This document shows, piece after piece, positions 61,921 through 64,000 of a stretch of DNA of 64,000 bases. Position 1 is the first letter of the stretch. Each line of letters opens with the position of its first letter. A model generated the notes under the pieces. That model saw only the letters and a list, made by a program, of their open reading frames with translations, had not been told where the DNA came from and did no database searches. The stretch covers positions 7,629 to 71,628 of the forward strand of contig SYFT01000034.1 of assembly GCA_005799825.1 (NCBI GenBank), given 5' to 3'. The position numbers were made by a program, and so were the translations under genes. This DNA comes from Acidobacteriota bacterium (lineage in GTDB: Bacteria; Acidobacteriota; Vicinamibacteria; Vicinamibacterales; SCN-69-37).

Positions 61921-64000
61921 ATGCGACGTGTATCGATTGTTGTGGGCTGTGTGCTGACGCTTTCTATTGCCGTTCCGGCTGGCCTGTCAGGGCAGGCGGG
62001 GGCTGGCCCCCAGGGGGGCAGTCAGGCGGCGGGTGGGCGCGGCGGCGCGCAGGGGGCCGCGAGCGTCCGCTCTATTGCCGATCGTACGGCGGGGATGCAG
62101 AAGATCGACGGGTTCTTCCCCATGTACTGGGAAGAGGGCACGGGCAACCTGTTCCTCGAGATTCCGGAGCTCGGCAAGGAAGTGTTGTGGTCCAAGGGAT
62201 TGTCGGCCGGCCTGGGGTCGAACGACATCGGCCTCGATCGCGCGCTGCTGGGCGGTTCCGCCATTGTGAGCTTCCAGCGCGTGGGGCCTCGGATCCTGAT
62301 GGTGGAGCCCAACTATGCCTACCGGGCGAACAGCGCGAATCCAGCCGAACGAAAGGCCGTGGAAGATGCCTTTGCCAAGTCGGTGCATTGGGGCTTTCAA
62401 GTGGCGGCCGAAAACGGTGGGCGCGTGCTCGTCGATTTGTCCGACTTCCTCATGCGCGATACGCATAACGTGTCGGGCCGATTGGGCGCCGGGTACCGCT
62501 TCGACCGTGCGCGCAGCGCGATCAACCTGACCGACACCAAGGCGTTCCCGAAAAATTCCGAGATCGATCTTACCGCGACATTTGTGACCGATGTCGCAGG
62601 CGGGGGCGGCGGCCGGGGCGGGGGCGCCGGGGGCGCAGGAGGCCCCCAGCAGGGCGGGCGCGTCTCAGATGTCGCGCCCGATGCGTCCGCCGTGACACTG
62701 CGTCAGCACCATTCGTTCATCGAGTTGCCGGACCACAACTACACGCCTCGGCTGTCGGATCCCCGCTCAGGGTTCGGCGGCGTCAGTTATGTGGACTACG
62801 CGGCACCCATCGGCACGGACATGCGGACGCGGTATGTCAATCGGCACAGACTGCAGAAGAAGGATCCCACGGCCGCGGTGAGTGAGCCCATCAAGCCGAT
62901 CATCTACTACGTCGATCGCGGCACGCCCGAGCCCGTATTGTCGGCGCTGCAGGAAGGCGCACGTTGGTGGAACGACGCCTTTGAAGCCGCTGGATTCCGG
63001 AACGCGTTCCAGGTGCAGGTGATGCCGGAAGGCGCGCATCCGATGGACGTGCGCTACAACACCATTACGTGGGTGCACCGGTCCACGCGCGGATGGAGCA
63101 CGGGCGGGTCCATCACCGATCCCCGCACGGGCGAAATCATGAAGGGCCATGTGATTCTCGGGTCCCTCAGGTGGCGACAGGACTACCTGATCTTCGAGAG
63201 CCTGCTGTCGCCGTATGTCAACGGCAACGAGAAGCCGGCGGTGCTCGAACAAACAGCCCTCGCGCGCCTCCGTCAGCTTTCCGCGCATGAGGTGGGTCAT
63301 ACGATCGGCCTTGGCCACAACTACTACAACAGCTCAAAGGGCCGGATCTCGGTGCTGGACTATCCGCATCCCCTGATCACGCTGCGCCCGGATGGCACGA
63401 TGGATTTCTCCCAGGCGTACGACACTGGCATTGGCGAGTGGGACAAGGTCTCGATTCAGTACGGCTACTCACAGTTCCCCGCCGGCACCGACGAGAAGGC
63501 CGCGCTCGCCAAGATCCTTAATGACGCCTGGGACCAGGACTATCGGTACATGTCCAACCAGGACACCGACGTCAACCCGAACGTCGATCAGTGGAACAAC
63601 GGCACCGATGTCGCCGCCGAGTTGACGCGCCTTCTCGCCCTGCGACGCGCGGCCATGGAAGGATTCGGCGAACGCGCGATCCAGATCGGCCGGCCGATGG
63701 CGCAGATTGAAGAAGCGCTCGTGCCGCTGTACCTGCATCACCGGTATGCGGTGGAGTCTGCGGTCACCGCAATGGGTGGCCAGGAGTACATCTACGCCAT
63801 TCGCGGGGATGGACGGACGCCGATGAAGTGGGTGCCTGCGGCCAAGCAGAAGGCCGCGCTCGATGCGCTCATGAGTGCGTTGCGTCTCGGGGATCTTGTG
63901 CTGCCGTCAGCTGTGGTGCAAGGGATTCCACCGCGTCCGCCAGGCTTCGGCCTGACGCGTGAGTCATTCGCGCGCACCACCGGTGGCGCCTTCGACCCGG
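61921..64000 (+). CDS. secreted zinc-dependent metalloprotease (HExxHxxGxxH), 3' end beyond window
   Basis: Absent from the ORF track because it is open-ended. ATG 61921 follows GGGAG. No listed ORF shares its frame. Signal peptide MRRVSIVVGCVLTLSIAVPAGLSGQ. Zinc motif LSAHEVGHTIGLGHNYY. A Gly-rich insert VAGGGGGRGGGAGGAGGPQQGG is present. Confidence 0.85.
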   Translation, partial: MRRVSIVVGCVLTLSIAVPAGLSGQAGAGPQGGSQAAGGRGGAQGAASVRSIADRTAGMQKIDGFFPMYWEEGTGNLFLEIPELGKEVLWSKGLSAGLGSNDIGLDRALLGGSAIVSFQRVGPRILMVEPNYAYRANSANPAERKAVEDAFAKSVHWGFQVAAENGGRVLVDLSDFLMRDTHNVSGRLGAGYRFDRARSAINLTDTKAFPKNSEIDLTATFVTDVAGGGGGRGGGAGGAGGPQQGGRVSDVAPDASAVTLRQHHSFIELPDHNYTPRLSDPRSGFGGVSYVDYAAPIGTDMRTRYVNRHRLQKKDPTAAVSEPIKPIIYYVDRGTPEPVLSALQEGARWWNDAFEAAGFRNAFQVQVMPEGAHPMDVRYNTITWVHRSTRGWSTGGSITDPRTGEIMKGHVILGSLRWRQDYLIFESLLSPYVNGNEKPAVLEQTALARLRQLSAHEVGHTIGLGHNYYNSSKGRISVLDYPHPLITLRPDGTMDFSQAYDTGIGEWDKVSIQYGYSQFPAGTDEKAALAKILNDAWDQDYRYMSNQDTDVNPNVDQWNNGTDVAAELTRLLALRRAAMEGFGERAIQIGRPMAQIEEALVPLYLHHRYAVESAVTAMGGQEYIYAIRGDGRTPMKWVPAAKQKAALDALMSALRLGDLVLPSAVVQGIPPRPPGFGLTRESFARTTGGAFDP

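Noticed and set aside
192-64000. Numerous 60-300-aa ORFs antisense to or out of frame with the called genes (for example 245..1099, 2535..3146, 13291..14148, 26847..27932, 29429..30553, 30566..31978, 45444..46361)
   Set aside because: They have Arg/Ala/Gly/Pro-dominated composition, no recognisable motifs and complete overlap with strongly supported genes. This is the expected shadow-ORF pattern in GC-rich DNA.
1-64000. Mobile genetic element or genomic island (integrase, transposase, tRNA target, phage genes)
   Set aside because: I recognised none of these gene types. Gene content is mostly housekeeping or envelope functions with uniform GC-rich composition, and only local decay and small repeats suggest plasticity.

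Overview
This is a visibly GC-rich bacterial chromosomal segment with dense coding on both strands. ADOP-type duplicated FtsX permease remnants, several sortilin/BNR and PQQ beta-propeller proteins and an M16/S9 peptidase set suggest Acidobacteriota, but that is inference, not a search result. I support about 50 protein-coding genes or gene remnants. They include a haem-copper oxidase operon (fused subunit I+III, a small membrane protein, subunit II), a solute symporter with a D-aminoacylase, a MarR-DoxX-FMN reductase-DinB stress operon, peptidases, PLP enzymes, malQ, xth, a SpoIIE/HAMP phosphatase and a TetR-TolC-MFP-RND efflux operon. I found no rRNA, tRNA, CRISPR array, transposase or integrase. 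The best candidate for an undescribed system is 28361-36967. A PaaK/CapK/LuxE-like adenylating enzyme lies divergent from a translationally coupled five-gene operon: LuxC-like ALDH-family reductase, atypical GT4 glycosyltransferase, MacB/YbbA-type ATPase, 1127-aa double-FtsX (YbbP-like) permease and a secreted SGNH hydrolase. Non-genic structure is also notable. (i) A nested palindromic repeat family (core AAAAAGACACCCGACGTCTTTTT and its complement) occurs at four loci. (ii) Tandem heptamer arrays (GTCCAGR)n start at or next to stop codons at three loci. (iii) A near-perfect 35-nt-arm inverted repeat plus further copies lies in frame inside the linker that fuses oxidase subunits I and III. (iv) Several decayed genes carry in-frame stops that mostly look like single transition mutations. 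All calls come from reading the sequence and the ORF track. No database search or computation was run.
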